Of a stretch of DNA of 64,000 nt, positions 26,790 through 39,454 are shown in pieces. The stretch covers positions 1,245,971 to 1,309,970 of the forward strand of contig CAXITT010000024.1 of assembly GCA_964033795.1 (NCBI GenBank). The letters are read 5' to 3'. Each line of letters opens with the position of its first letter. The stretch's first letter is position 1. The position numbers and the translations under genes were made by a program. This DNA is from Lymnaea stagnalis. Lineage: Eukaryota. Under the pieces are notes generated by a model that did no database searches, was not told where the DNA came from, and saw only the letters and a list, made by a program, of their open reading frames with translations.

Positions 26790-26926
26790 ATGGCTGCGAA
26801 AGGAAAAGAAGATAATGCAATCTTTCGCATTCCACCTTATTACTACATCCATGTCTTGGATCAAAATACAAATGTTACAAAGATTGAGACTGGTCCTCAA
26901 ACTTATATCAGACAAGATAATGAAAG
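26790..26926 (+). CDS. MVP: MVP exon 1 (coding), ATG at 26790
   Basis: aaaATGG Kozak context. Encodes MAAKGKEDNAIFRIPPYYYIHVLDQNTNVTKIETGPQTYIRQDNE(R). Donor ag|gtttgt, ends in phase 2. An upstream in-frame TAA is present. A strong acceptor (ttttgtttcctcag) at ~26758 suggests an upstream 5'UTR exon. Confidence 0.85.
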
Positions 26927-27188
26927 GTTTGTCTTTGAATTTGGACCAAGAAACAAATTGCTTCTTTGTAATTTTTTGCAGTTAGACAATGACTCTGGTA
27001 ATTTTATATGTATTCATGAGTTTGGCAGAAGAAAATCAGTCTTCTTAAATTTAGGCTTCCCATGTGTATGGTGGTGATAAATTCATTTTATGCCCCCTTG
27101 TTCAAAAGAGGCAATTCAAAAAAAATTTAATGTGACCTCTATTTGCTTTTCCAAATTTATTTCAATCATGTTTTTTCCTGCATAACAG

Positions 27189-27384
27189 GGTTACACTAGG
27201 CCCAGAGAAAATGGTTGTAGTGCCTCCACGCCATTATTGTGTTATAGAGAACCCAGTGACTCGTGACAAAGATGGGAACATTATCATTGACAACCTTGGT
27301 CAGATAAAGCTTCAGCATGCAGATCAAGAAATCAGACTCACTCAAGATCCATTTCCACTATACCCTGGAGAAGTTCTCAAACTG
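27189..27384 (+). CDS. MVP: MVP exon 2
   Basis: Acceptor cataacag|g; encodes (R)[65 protein letters not shown]; donor ctg|gtaata. Matches human MVP MVTVPPRHYC...[10 protein letters not shown]. Confidence 0.88.
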
Positions 27385-28539
27385 GTAATAATAAAGCCTT
27401 GAATGCAATAAGAAAATCATGTGCAAAATTTCTTCTATAGCGGGTCATAATTTGTACTTAATATTTATAATCATAATACATTGGTCATATATAACCCTGT
27501 ACCCCAGCCTAGGGATGGGCTCACTGCGCTTCACATAAAAATTTGAAAAATAAATATGACAATGAAAAAGTTACATAAATTTATTAATTTAAGAAACAGC
27601 TTTATGGAAATATTCCCCTCTCCACTCCAGAACTATTTACATGTCTGGCCGTAGAGAGCACCCAGCAGTATCGTTTTAATTGGGTGTGGGGGATGGGGGG
27701 TGAGAATCAGTCAGGATAGTACAGTTTGAAGAGATTTGTCTTGAGTGCAGTTTTGAAGGCCTGGATATTCAGTATATTTACATTATGGATGTTAATGGGA
27801 GAGAATTCCATTGTTTGGAGGCGTAGGAGAAAGATCATTCACTATATGTTTTAGTGCAAGTTATGGGAACAGAAAGAATACACATGTCTGCAGAGAAACA
27901 AAGCTGTCGAAGTGGTGAATAGAAAGTTCAGTTAGTTAGGAAGGGCAGGAATCAGAGAGAAAAAGTTGTGACAGAACAGACAGCTTGTAATCAATGTGTG
28001 TTGTAAAGGAAGCCAAAGAAGTGAGTGGAGTGACGTGATCACATTTTTTGCCTTTAGAACTAACCTAACAGAGTTTTGAACCCTGAAATGAGTATGTTTG
28101 GTTCAAAGATGCACAGTTATAGAGTAATTACAACAGAATTGATCAGAAAAGGCTGTGTATTCCGTAAAAATAGTACACATCTATTTTGCACATAGAATAA
28201 ACAAATTTAAGCTAAATTTAAGTTTAAAAATTTAAATTAGAGAAATATTTGTCATTTTTCTTTTTAAAAAAATGTTTAAATTAAAAACTTTCTCATAAAC
28301 TTTAAAAAAAATTTTCTCAACAAAAATGTTAAAGTGTAAATGCTTAACTTGAATATGATTTAAATCTAACATTTTATTGATTATGTTTACTATCTGTTTC
28401 CTGAATGATTTAAGAGGAAAAAATCGCACACTTATTTCTTGTTCCATTGTTAGTAATATATATTTAATAATGGAATGTGCTGCATAGTTAATATTCTATG
28501 TGTTGTATAGCTAAGTCTTTCATTTTCTTTTGTTGTCAG

Positions 28540-28660
28540 CCTGTAACAGCATTAAAAGTTGTGCCGGCCAATGCAGCCTTGAGGATTCGTGCTGTCCTGG
28601 ACTTTGATGAGGGTGATATTAAAAGAACAGCTGGTGATGAGTGGCTCTTCGAGGGACCAG
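28540..28660 (+). CDS. MVP: MVP exon 3
   Basis: Acceptor ttgttgtcag|cct; encodes PVTALKVVPANAALRIRAVLDFDEGDIKRTAGDEWLFEGP(G); donor ccag|gtaggc, phase 1. Confidence 0.88.
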
Positions 28661-29770
28661 GTAGGCAGGGCGATAAAATGCTAACACCTAATTGTCAACG
28701 ACTCCTGTTTACCAAGAAAATATTTCAGCTTTACAGATGCAATATTTCCGCTTGCAGAATGAAGAACAAAATTGAAAATTTCTTGAAAGAAATACTGAGC
28801 AACATCACAGTGTATAAGATTCTATGTGTTGGTACTTGTGCTGTGTACATTTTTTATCTCTGGATTACTGAATATCCTGACAGTTCTTTTGAATCCATAT
28901 GGGACAGTGCAATGCAGGCAACAATGCATATAGTTACATCTGTAATGACTGTAACTTTAAGTGTGTTGATTGCAATACCTTTGCTAACACTAGGTTATCA
29001 AATTTTGCAATCACCAACTAGAATCGGTGCGTCAGATTACTCACCAGGTAAGTGATTCAGTAGATTTAGCTGTGCTGCATTCCAGACTTTTAATAACCCT
29101 GACACGGCTGTGTGGGTCTCCTCCCATGTGGCACAAAATTAATTGATCTTGATCTAAACTCGAGATTGGACGCTGACGGCATTTTCTGTGGGGGCTTTGG
29201 TGTTTCCTGCTCATATTTATAATTGTTAAAATAATGCTTCAGTATTTATATTGCTTGTGCTTAAGTGCTGCAAATCATTCATTTTAAAAGAGTATTTTAG
29301 GTGATGAATTTGATGACTTTTTGTGATCTAAAACAGCTTTTCCCAAATGATGATCTACGGACCAGTACATGAGCTTTACATTGCTGGTTTCTCACAATAT
29401 GGATATTTATGGTTAAATAAAGAAAATATATTAAATGTGGCCCGAGTCTCTGGTTCATAGTCAATATTTCTTTGCCAATTTTATATTCGGGAAACGCTGA
29501 TTTAGAACTTTATTTTAAACATTGCTGAATGTCGCATTATCAGAGAAAAGACTTGATTTTTAATAATTTTTTTATCTGTTAGATTTTATCAATGTAATTA
29601 ATTGTACTTTATGAATTCACAATTTTAACATTGGTAAAAATGAGGCAATGTGTAGAAGTTTACAAAGTGTATCTTATTTAAACCACATTCTAGTGCGTTT
29701 TAATGCCAGATTATGAGAACGTTGAACAAGGTTTGCTTGTACATCTATTGTCTAACTGCTCCCCACCTAG

Positions 29771-29997
29771 GCACATATATCCCTCGGAAGGAAACTGTTG
29801 TTGAAGAGACACTGAAGGCCACCATCATTAAACCCAATCAAGCCATTCGGCTGCGTGCTCGCAAAGAGTGCCTTGACAGGCAAAACAATCCTCGTGTTAC
29901 AGGGGAAGAGTGGTTGGTCAAAAAAACTGGAGCCTACCTGCCAGGCGCCTATGAGGAGGTTGTAAACATTGTGGATGCGTATGTCCTTACGGAAAAG
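29771..29997 (+). CDS. MVP: MVP exon 4
   Basis: Acceptor ccccacctag|gc; encodes (G)[75 protein letters not shown]; donor aag|gtgcgt. Confidence 0.9.
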
Positions 29998-30039
29998 GTG
30001 CGTAGCGCATAATCAGATTAGATTGGCTATTGCCTTGAA

Positions 30040-30154
30040 TTTATATTATTTTACAAATTGTGTTTCATTCTGTTTTTTGAGAACCCTTTTATATCTTTTT
30101 TTAAAAATTGTTTTATTCGTTTTTTTTTTTTTTTTTTTTTTTATACTTTTTTAG

Positions 30155-30185
<31 letters not shown>

Positions 30186-30256
30186 GTTTTTATTTTCTTT
30201 TGATCTTTATTTGTGTTTTTTTTTGTTTTTTTGTGTCCTTTTTTTTTTTTTTTTTA

Positions 30257-30297
<41 letters not shown>

Positions 30298-30300
30298 CAC
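30040..30300. repeat. Poly-T rich tract cluster in MVP intron 4
   Basis: Multiple T runs of 20-50 nt. Confidence 0.9.
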
Positions 30301-30389
30301 TTTTACAGACATTTTCTACTTGGTGTTTTTTTTGTTGTTGGTATGAATGACTTTGGAAGCAATTTACCTTCTCACCTCTCTCCACACAG

Positions 30390-30515
30390 AATGCTCTGCA
30401 TGTGCGCTCTTTGAGGACATTCAAAGATGACTTTGGCATTGTGAGGAAGAATGGAGAGGAATGGCTGATCACCATGAAAGACACTGAGACACACATACCC
30501 AATGTTTATGAAGAG
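30390..30515 (+). CDS. MVP: MVP exon 5
   Basis: Acceptor tccacacag|aat; encodes NALHVRSLRTFKDDFGIVRKNGEEWLITMKDTETHIPNVYEE; donor gag|gttaga. Human has [27 protein letters not shown]. Confidence 0.85.
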
Positions 30516-30589
30516 GTTAGAATAAGAAATATAACAACTGACGCACCCCCCAACACCTCTCTCAAATAAAAAGCATGTAAATAAGCAAT

Positions 30590-30960
30590 TATTGCCATAG
30601 GACAAGTGACATTAAATATGTATAGAATGTTAGCACTTATTGCCATAGGACAGGTGATATTAAATACGTATAGAATGTTAGTAATTATTGCCATAGGACA
30701 GGTGATATTAAATATGTAGAGAAGTTTAGCAATTCGTCCCCCTAGAATAACAAGGTTCTATGTGCCTATTTAATCCAATCAACTAAGCACCTTGTTATTC
30801 TAAGGGGACGAATTATTGCCGTATGACAAGTGATATTAAATAAGTATAGAATGTTAGAATTATTGCAGTAGCACAAAGATTAAATAAGTATAGAAATGTT
30901 AGCAATTATTGCTGTAGGACAAGTGATATTAAATGAGCATAGAATGTTGGCAGTTAATGC
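30590..30960. repeat. Minisatellite (~60-bp unit x~6) in MVP intron 5 with embedded 24-bp-arm palindrome at 30733..30812
   Basis: attgccataggacaggtgatattaaatacgtatagaatgttagcaattattgc variants. ttcgtccccctagaataacaaggt ... accttgttattctaaggggacgaa are reverse complements. Confidence 0.85.
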
Positions 30961-31057
30961 CGTAGGACATAACGATATTCATCATTTAAGTTAAAAATAT
31001 ATACATATACATATTGCCCTATTTAATTTACAAAATTTGTTGTTGTTTTTTTTTTAG

Positions 31058-31168
31058 GTGGTAGGTGTTGTTAACATCACGACACTGAACAACCGTCAAT
31101 ACTGTGTTATCCTTGATCCAGTTGATGCCAAGGGCAGACCACAGTTGGGACAGAAGAAGCTGGTTAAA
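31058..31168 (+). CDS. MVP: MVP exon 6
   Basis: Acceptor tttttttttag|gtg; encodes [37 protein letters not shown]; donor aaa|gtaagt. Confidence 0.9.
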
Positions 31169-31418
31169 GTAAGTTTCATATGTTTATTACTTTTTCCTTT
31201 TATTTGTAGTTTGCATCACTCAAGTTTTGTTATCTAAAAAAAAATAATCTAAATCAACTGACCTTCAATTCATTTTCTAAAACGATTACATAGGCTATCA
31301 GTTTCCATAAATGGGGGATATCTTATTTTTAAGTATTTATCATTTAGTGTTGCATTATTCTAAATTTCAGCCCGTAAAACTAATAATTTTTTTTTGCCAA
31401 ATATTCATATTTTCACAG

Positions 31419-31538
31419 GGAGACAAAACTTTTTTCCTGATGCCTGGTGAGAAGTTGGAAAAGGGAATTCAAAATGTTTATATTCTTGGGGAAGATGAAG
31501 GACTTATCCTCCGTTCTATTGAATCCTTCATGGATGGG
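31419..31538 (+). CDS. MVP: MVP exon 7
   Basis: Acceptor attttcacag|gga; encodes [40 protein letters not shown]; donor ggg|gtaggt. Confidence 0.88.
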
Positions 31539-31976
31539 GTAGGTGACATCAATGCCATCTTTCTTATATTTTAGTTTGCTCTTGAGTTCTTGTCTGTTTG
31601 TGATACATTCATTGTATTCACTTTTTTTTTTATTACTATATTGAAAATTAAATCTGAATGCTTGCTTTCTCATGACAATCAAGAACATTTTCCCAAACTT
31701 TTTACTTTCAAGTTTCAAAACAGCAGTTTGCAACAAGGGCTTGGGGCATTTTCTTTTAGGCCAAAAAAAACCATTGATTAAATAATTTTATGAATGGCAT
31801 CATCTATTGATATGAGGGAAAGGGGTAAAAAAAGATGTTAATAATGCAGTTATAAAGTAAGTCAATGAGAGCCCCATTTACATAATGTCGGGTTGCTGTT
31901 GGGTATTCCTTAATTTAGTAACACTGACCTGCCATTCTGTAGAAATTGCATTTTTATTTTGACTTAACTTTTCCAG

Positions 31977-32126
31977 GACACTGAACGATCACCTGGGGAC
32001 AGATGGATGATCAGAGGTCCTAAGGAGTATGTTCCTCCTGTTGAAGTGGAAGTGGTTATGAAGAGGCAGGCCATTCCACTGGATGAGAATGAAGGTATCT
32101 ATGTCAGAGACATCAAGACGGGAAAG
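31977..32126 (+). CDS. MVP: MVP exon 8
   Basis: Acceptor acttttccag|gac; encodes [50 protein letters not shown]; donor aag|gtgaga. Confidence 0.9.
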
Positions 32127-32522
32127 GTGAGACACCAAAAAAAAACTTCTTCTATTGTTCTTTATACATCTGTTACCAAGCTAAGTTAAGTATTGAATAT
32201 CTATGATCTTTATTTACTCATATTTTAATTGAGTAATATAAACTATAAAGAAATCCATGATACCATTTTAAGTTAAGTTATGAAAGCAAGAGCGCCTTAC
32301 GCTCTTAGTTCTTCAGAAAAAAGAAACGCTATTAAATTGATTTCTTCTGCCTGTGAACATTATACATGACGTACAAGTTTAGCTTGTATTCCTTTTTTTA
32401 AAATTTTGTTTGCTTACAATTTATTAGAATATTTTGTTTTTTTTACCCATTGTATCTATTCACAGTAACATGCAAGTGAACATAAAATGGACATACACAT
32501 TACACAATTGACTATTCTTCAG

Positions 32523-32752
32523 GTTAGGGCTATTCAGGGTGAGACGTACATGCTAAACCAGGATGAGGAGCTGTGGTCCAAGGAGCTGCCTCCGGCTGTT
32601 GAAAGTCTTTTGGCTGTTGACCACTTGGCAGAGCGCAGTGAACGCAAGGCGGAAGGTGGAACAAAGACCAGGGACAAAACTCGTGTGGTAACATTCCGTG
32701 TCCCTCACAATGCAGCAGTTCAAATTTATGATTATAAAGAGAAAAAAGCCAG
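32523..32752 (+). CDS. MVP: MVP exon 9
   Basis: Acceptor ctattcttcag|gtt; encodes VRAIQGETYMLNQDEELWSKELPPAVESLLAVDHLAERSERKAEGGTKTRDKTRVVTFRVPHNAAVQIYDYKEKKA(R); donor ag|gtgtgt, phase 2. Confidence 0.9.
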
Positions 32753-33004
32753 GTGTGTCATTATTTTTAAAATTTATGTTTTAAAATTTAAAAAATGCAA
32801 GGATTAAATCATTTACAGAGATTTTTAATTTGGCTAAACCTTTTGACTAGTGTCCCTTTGAAATTAAAAAAATTTATGTGTACTGACAATTTTAAACAAT
32901 TGTATATTTCAGGAATAACAAAACGGCATATTAAAATTATTTTTTTTTCCTGGCACCTTGCCTGGGACTAACGATAGTGTTGTTTGGATATGTTTTTTCC
33001 TTAG

Positions 33005-33202
33005 GGTAATATTTGGGCCAGAGCTGGTCATGTTGGGGCCAGATGAACAATTCACACAGTTGAGTCTTTCGGGGGGGAAACCCAAAAAGCCCAATGTCAT
33101 CAAATCTTTATGCTTGCTTCTGGGACCAGATTTCTGTACAGATATTGTTATTGTAGAGACAGCAGATCACGCCAGGTTGTCCCTTCAGCTCTCTTACAAT
33201 TG
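33005..33202 (+). CDS. MVP: MVP exon 10
   Basis: Acceptor ttttttccttag|g; encodes (R)[65 protein letters not shown](W); donor tg|gttagt, phase 2. Confidence 0.88.
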
Positions 33203-34124
33203 GTTAGTACAAATTTAGTTTTATTATATTCTTCATACTTTTAAATCTTTCGCTGTGGAATGTTTTTAATGAAAAAATTTACATTTTTTTTTTAAAAGAG
33301 CGAAAAAGAGTGAGGTTGGGTTTATTAAAAAATATTTAAAATATTATGTTTTGATTTATAAGGCTAAAGTTGATATCAAATGAAAGATAATTGGACTATT
33401 TGTTTGTAAACTTATTTATTCAGTTTCACTAAAATAAGTCACAGAAAAGAAACTTAAAATGTGAAAACACGAAATGCAAAACCTTTTCCCCCCCCCCCAA
33501 ACCCATTGTTGTAAGCATACATCACTGCTATAACTCAAATCATCAAAAACTACTAATCTCGGAATCATGTGATTGATCTGAATCTAAATCAACTTCACTG
33601 TCAATAGAAATAGTATAAAGCATTTCCAAAGATTGTTGCGCAGTCTAGGAAACTTACCCTAGTAGGACCTTGGTAGCCATAGCAACAGTATTGGTAAAGA
33701 AAAAAAAAACGGGAAGAATATTATAAAAATAAAGCTTCAAATGACAACAAATAATCTTGCTTTCACTCATAAGCAATGAAGTACCACTCTTCTATGTAAA
33801 AGTCTCATTAAAAAATAGCTCTTAAAAAGTTTAACAGAAAAATAGCAAAGAAACTACCATGATTTTAAAACAACGCACAGTGCGTTGGTCCTTGGTCCAT
33901 GCTTTTCAGGACAGCGGATGAAGGTACTGTGCGTTGCACCACGGAGAAAGATTGAAGGAACCAGAGTTTACTTTTGGCATAAGTTGTTGATAGAAATGAA
34001 AATTGTTGAAAGTTTACTTTTGGCATAAGTTGTTGATAGAAATAAAAATTGTTGAAAGTTTTATTTTGTGGTTGACTTTTAAACAAAAACAAAAAAAATC
34101 ATCCTGTCATCGTGTCTCTTGCAG

Positions 34125-34266
34125 GCATTTTGAAGTGGGAGATAAGTCACCACTAGAGGCAGCCAAGCTTTTCAGTGTTCCAGACTTCACTGGTGATTCA
34201 TGTAAGGCCATTGCATCCCGTGTGCGTGGGGCTGTGGCTCAGGTTCAGTTTGATGACTTTCACAAG
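34125..34266 (+). CDS. MVP: MVP exon 11
   Basis: Acceptor gtgtctcttgcag|g; encodes (W)[47 protein letters not shown]; donor aag|gttgga. Confidence 0.88.
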
Positions 34267-34299
34267 GTTGGATGTAGTTTGACTCACTTCTTTTAAAGG

Positions 34300-34790
34300 A
34301 CAACTTTAAACCATTTTCATGCTGCCTACCTTACAGGACAACTTTATACCATTTTCATGCTGCCTACCTTACAGGACAACTTTAAACCATTTTCATGCTG
34401 CCTACCTCACAGGACAACTTTATACCATTTTCATGCTACCTACCTCACAGGACAACTTTATACCATTTTCATGCTGCCTACCTCACAGGACAACTTTAAA
34501 CCATTTTCATGCTACCTACCTTACAGGACAACTTTAAACCATTTTCATGCTGCCTACCTTACAGGACAACTTTATACTATTTTCATGCTACCTACCTCAT
34601 AGGACAACTTTATACCATTTTCATGCTGCCTACCTCACAGGACAACTTTATACCATTTTCATGCTACCTACCTTACAGGACAACTTTAAACCATTTTCAT
34701 GCTGCCTACCTTACAGGACAACTTTATACCATTTTCATGCTACCTACCTCACAGGACAACTTTAAACCATTTTCATGTTACCTACCTTAC
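34300..34790. repeat. Minisatellite, 38-bp unit x~13, in MVP intron 11
   Basis: ggacaactttaaaccattttcatgctgcctaccttaca variants. ORFs 34319..34850 are repeat artefacts. Confidence 0.9.
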
Positions 34791-34984
34791 AGTGTTACAC
34801 ATGGTGTCAATTATAAATCTAAATTGTATTTAAATAATTTAAACAGTTAATGTCTTCAAGAATTACAGTAAATTACATTTATTGCATAACAAGATTTAAA
34901 TATTTTTAAAAGATCTGTTTTGTCACATCGTGGCTTGGGTCACAATTGTTTTTAATTTGAACTCTGAATTCTTTTGCATCACAG

Positions 34985-35196
34985 AACTCTGCCAAAATTA
35001 TCAGGGCATCTGTATTTGGCATGGATGCCAATGGAAAGGTCAAGGAAAAATTCAGCTTCCCGCAAAACAACCTTGTTTTCACCAGTATAGACATTCAGTC
35101 TGTTGAGCCAGTTGATCAGAGGACCCGGGATGCCCTTCAGAAATCTGTACAGCTAGCCATTGAGATAACCACAAACTCTCAGGAGGCAACTGCCAG
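34985..35196 (+). CDS. MVP: MVP exon 12
   Basis: Acceptor cttttgcatcacag|aac; encodes [70 protein letters not shown](R); donor ag|gtagca, phase 2. Confidence 0.9.
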
Positions 35197-35358
35197 GTAG
35201 CACCACTAACCATTAGCAGTTATTTGTGACTTTGTTGACTGAATTCTTAATGAGTAAATTTATTGGTTTAATTTTAATTTTTTAATTTTTATTTTTTTGT
35301 ACAATTTGGGGACTTGGCAAATTCTGTGGGTTTCTAAAAATCTGGATTGCATTTCCAG

Positions 35359-35602
35359 ACATGAAGCCCAGCGTCTTGAGCAGGAGGCCAAAGGCCGCCT
35401 GGAGCGTCAAAAGATCACTGATGAGGCAGAGGCTGAAAAGGCTCGTAAAGAGCTCCTTGAGCTGCAGGCCAATAGTGCAGCTGTTGAGAGCACCGGCCAG
35501 GCTAAAGCCGAGGCTCAGAGTAGAGCTGAGGCTTCAAGGATTGAGGGTGAGGCTGCTGTAGAGCAAGCCAGACTGAAGGCTCAAGCCACTAAAATTGAGG
35601 CG
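35359..35602 (+). CDS. MVP: MVP exon 13
   Basis: Acceptor gcatttccag|a; encodes (R)[81 protein letters not shown]; donor gcg|gtaagt. Confidence 0.9.
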
Positions 35603-36758
35603 GTAAGTTTCTCATCACACTTTCCAATTTGTTTTATACCAAATTTTTAAAATCTCTGGTTCAGTAAATTATTCTCTTTAATTGTCATAACAGTCATAAC
35701 AGCCGATCATCATTTATTATACCCCTTTCTGTGGTGTCACGGCCGATATCGGCCTCTAGCAAAATCATCATTAAAAATACTGACGATTTAATGTATATTG
35801 GTTAAGGGGAAATCACTCTATATAAATGAGTTTGCTTTGTATTTCCGTTACCATCTGCATGTTAGCATGCTTTTGTATGGGATTTTTGGGTGATTATTCG
35901 GGTGTGAAATTTTCTTTAAAAAATTGACAGCCATTTTGTTTGATGCCAGGGAGGGTCCCCATCTAGATTGCAAGATCAACACAGAAATTCTTTATTGAAA
36001 TTATTTCAAATAGATTAAAATGAAAGCAAAGATTTCAGAGATATTCCAAGTGCTAGTAATGACATTATTAGCTCTAGTGGTGATGGCGACATAAGAGTCA
36101 GATATTGACAAGTTTAGCCCTAGGCTTAGTCGAATTTGTACAAATTTGTTTAGGAAAGGGTGGAAATTTAAACGAGACATTTATGTTTGTTTATGGTTGG
36201 GTATTAATTAATAAAAATGGATTTGATAACTTTGATTGAGAATTTTTTAACTGATGTTTTGCTCACCCTGTAAAGGTCAAGGTCACCATCAACATACATA
36301 TTATAAAAAAATTCTTCTGATACCATCAGATAACCTTGTCCAATGCACTTTCAGCAAATGTTGACTTGCAAATGTCTCTCAATTCATTCAGTCTGGGATT
36401 TTTGTCATTTTTTATTTTTTTGACAAGTGTATGCTACAGAAAAAGTTAAAATAGAATTTTCTTAACTTTTAACTTATTTAAAAATGTATACATTTAAAAA
36501 CACATAAAAAAGCTTATTTCGCTCAGAGAGAACTTGATGTTATTGAAAATCTACACAATTTAATTTTTACACAAGATTCAGAACACACATTTTTTAATTC
36601 TAAATGTTGATTTTTATAAGCCTTTCTGTTTCGACATATAGGCAAAAATATGCAGTGTTACTGCATACTCAATATACATTTCCAAAGAGTTGTTTAAATA
36701 AATATTTGTTGACATGCATCTAAAAGGTTTGAAATGTTGCAATGCTTTACTGCCTCAG

Positions 36759-36947
36759 GAGTCAGAGTTAGACAGATTGACCAAAGCCCGTGAAGCAGAA
36801 CTGAAGTACGTCTCTGAACAGAACAAGATGGAACTTGAGAAAGCAGACCAGCTGTCGAACATTGAAATCACAAAATTCAAGGAGATGGTTTCCTCTATTG
36901 GAGCCAATACGATTCTTGCCATGGCAACCGCTGGGCCTGATAACCAG
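36759..36947 (+). CDS. MVP: MVP exon 14
   Basis: Acceptor ctttactgcctcag|gag; encodes ESELDRLTKAREAELKYVSEQNKMELEKADQLSNIEITKFKEMVSSIGANTILAMATAGPDNQ; donor cag|gtagga. Confidence 0.88.
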
Positions 36948-37062
36948 GTAGGAGTCCTCAACAGAAGGTGGATTGTATTATATAAACATATCTATATATT
37001 CATAGAAAATGAGAGAACTGTTTTATCTGCTGCTAACACCGCCAACCATTACCTTTCAACAG

Positions 37063-37212
37063 GTTCGTATGCTGCAAGCTCTGGGGCTCAAGTCTACCCT
37101 TATTACTGATGGCTCCTCACCCATTAACCTTTTCACAACGGCCAATGGCCTGATTGGTGGATTGGTCCCATCCAAGCGTCGCAGGGATGACGATGAAGAT
37201 TCAGTTTCATAA
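37063..37212 (+). CDS. MVP: MVP exon 15 (last coding exon; TAA stop at 37210..37212)
   Basis: Acceptor acctttcaacag|gtt; encodes [49 protein letters not shown]. Candidate polyA signals are ATTAAA near 37652 and AATAAA at 38338..38343. Confidence 0.88.
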   Translation, partial: VRMLQALGLKSTLITDGSSPINLFTTANGLIGGLVPSKRRRDDDEDSVS

Positions 37213-38337
37213 AAAAAATGTTACTTGGCAGTACTTGGGGAAGGCTGTTACTTGCCAGCGAGACAAAGTCAGCAATACCTAAGGAAGGCGGGAGACAATG
37301 ACAGCTGCATCTGAGGACATTTGTTCTCTCATTATTTCACCATAATGACTTTTGCTTTATCCTTTTCATTTAGAAGTTTCATCATTTTACTGCGCTGTAT
37401 GCATACAAGTATGTAAATAAGTACCTCATATGACGGGGGAGGGTTGCTCAACTCATATGACGGGGGAGGGTTTCTCCATGTATTTATTGAGAATTTGCTA
37501 ATGATATTAGCACAATGTTTGACTGTTCCTGGTGTGGATGTCAAGTGCTGTTTCCTGTTCTTTTGATTTAGTCATATAAATTCAAATGGGATCCCCTGTG
37601 CTACGTAGGGACAGTGACAAACTGGACAATGTTGGGTTGATGAAAAGATCAATTAAAATGTGTAACTCATTCCATTGGCTGTGTGATGGTTTCTTTTTAT
37701 TAGACAGACCTAACTTGTTTGGCTTATTGGCATAATCTCAAACCTTGTTCAACAGAACATCAAATTTTTGCTTTTGTGTTCTAAAAACTTGACTTTATAA
37801 ATTGATCTGTGATATTTCTAAACATTTTATAGGACTAAATATACGTGAATATTTATTTGATAAAACTTCCAACAAAAAAATAACTACTTGTACAAAATAG
37901 CTCCTTTCAAAAGTCCTGTATGCCTGTGTTCACAATAAGCCCCATTTTCATTATTTATTTTCACCAATTTTGTTATGCTCTTGTCAGTCTTTTTTATTCT
38001 TCGAGTGCCACTCAGTGCTAGGTGATACCATCTTTACCCCAAGAATTCTGTGATTTTTTTAAATACATTTTGGCCTACTATAATAATGTTTTGACCAATT
38101 GTTTTTTTTACACCTGGTTAAGTTTTGGTAATTGCTATATTTTACATATTATATCGGACTGACAATAATAAATTGAATGTTGCATACACAATTTTTTTTT
38201 TAAAGAGTAGAGGAGAGGTATTTTCGTATTGTAAGCTATATAAAATATAATTCATGGTTTTACTAACACACCAAACGTTTGTGTAACAACTTTTTATTAA
38301 CATGGTTTTGATTAGATATTGTTCATGTTGAAAATTC

Positions 38338-38343
38338 AATAAA
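38338..38343 (+). promoter_or_regulatory. MVP: Candidate polyadenylation signal (AATAAA) for MVP
   Basis: aataaa ~1.1 kb downstream of the MVP stop. An alternative ATTAAA lies near 37652. Confidence 0.25.
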
Positions 38344-39448
38344 GCCATACAATATTAAAACTACTTTTTGTCCCCCAAGTTTTGTAAGACCTTTTAGTTG
38401 TGGCACTGCCAGATTTAATAGTTAACCCTTATGTTATAATACTATGATGAAACGGACAAAAGGCCAACTGATCACCCCAATAATCAGTGTCCAGATAAGC
38501 TGCGGGCCTTCGTACCAGTAGTTTGAGCTAATAAGAGTGCGTTTTGCATTTCTTGCTCAGCTCACGTTAATGGCGGCTTCTATTGATATTTTAGTGTAAT
38601 GTCAATTTTCTATCATGTCTGGTACTTGTGACCTCTATATGCCCGGGGGGGGGGGGGGGGGTTTTTAACTTTTTTTTTTTTTTTCTAAAATGTTTTTTTA
38701 AGGGGAATTTTATCGTTTTTTTTTTTTTACATAGAATGTTTTTCAAATATGGGTTAGGACTTATTTAGGCTTCTACAATCAATAAAATAAAACAAATTTC
38801 TGCAAGACAACTTAATTCTACGTGTAAAAAAATGTGCATGCATAAATTATGTAAATCAGGATATCCCGTTTGCATAAATGTTGAGATTTCAGTTTGATTC
38901 ATACAGTTCGTATTAGTTTATTCAATTCCCAATGGAATATATATAGTTTTATATTTAAAAATAATTCATTTTTTATTAATTTTGTTTGCAAAGTGCAGGG
39001 CTTGTGAAAATGGGCTCTATCTTTCAACAAGGCACTGTCTCAAAAGGGTTAAACAGAACCATAACCAGAGTTTGCATGCTTTCTTAAAGCAAGTTTTCTA
39101 CGAAGACTTAGAGAGTGATGATAATATTCCTGAGCTTATGCCGGAACAGAAAACAACAAAACTGCTAGATTAAATCACACCTGAGAATTCTGACCAACTT
39201 TGAAGAGAATTCTCAAATATATTTACTCACAACTCATAAAACTTCATTTGCTGCTGAGGTTTTGTATTTTTTGCTGAATCTTTTTTTTTCAAAAATTACA
39301 CCTTAATTGCAAACAGCTGCAAAAATGTGCTGAACCAATTAACCAGAGTCTATGTCTGCTCTAGAGGTCGTGATATCCCAAAATATATTTTTTTTAAAAT
39401 GACTTTCACTTCAATGATCAAGGAAAGAAAGTGATTATTTCACAAGGT

Positions 39449-39454
39449 TTTATT
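39449..39454 (-). promoter_or_regulatory. MED24: Candidate polyadenylation signal (AATAAA) for MED24
   Basis: Forward strand reads tttatt ~330 nt downstream of the MED24 stop. Confidence 0.3.

Larger units (their letters stand above)
26790..37212 (+). other. MVP: Gene span: major vault protein (MVP) homolog, 15 coding exons, ~850 aa
   Basis: Spliced translation is collinear with human MVP along its whole length (MAAKGKEDNAIFRIPPYYYIHVLDQN...GDEWLFEGPG|TYIPRKE...[22 protein letters not shown]...LCLLLGPDF...[22 protein letters not shown]...[18 protein letters not shown]...[17 protein letters not shown]). All introns are GT-AG and phases are consistent. Total CDS is 2553 nt. Confidence 0.92.

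Noticed and set aside
28498-29055. 185-aa plus-strand ORF, the longest on the + strand in the gene region
   Set aside because: Only 28540..28660 is MVP exon 3. The rest is intronic read-through with no similarity, and the initial M is an artefact of the ORF caller.
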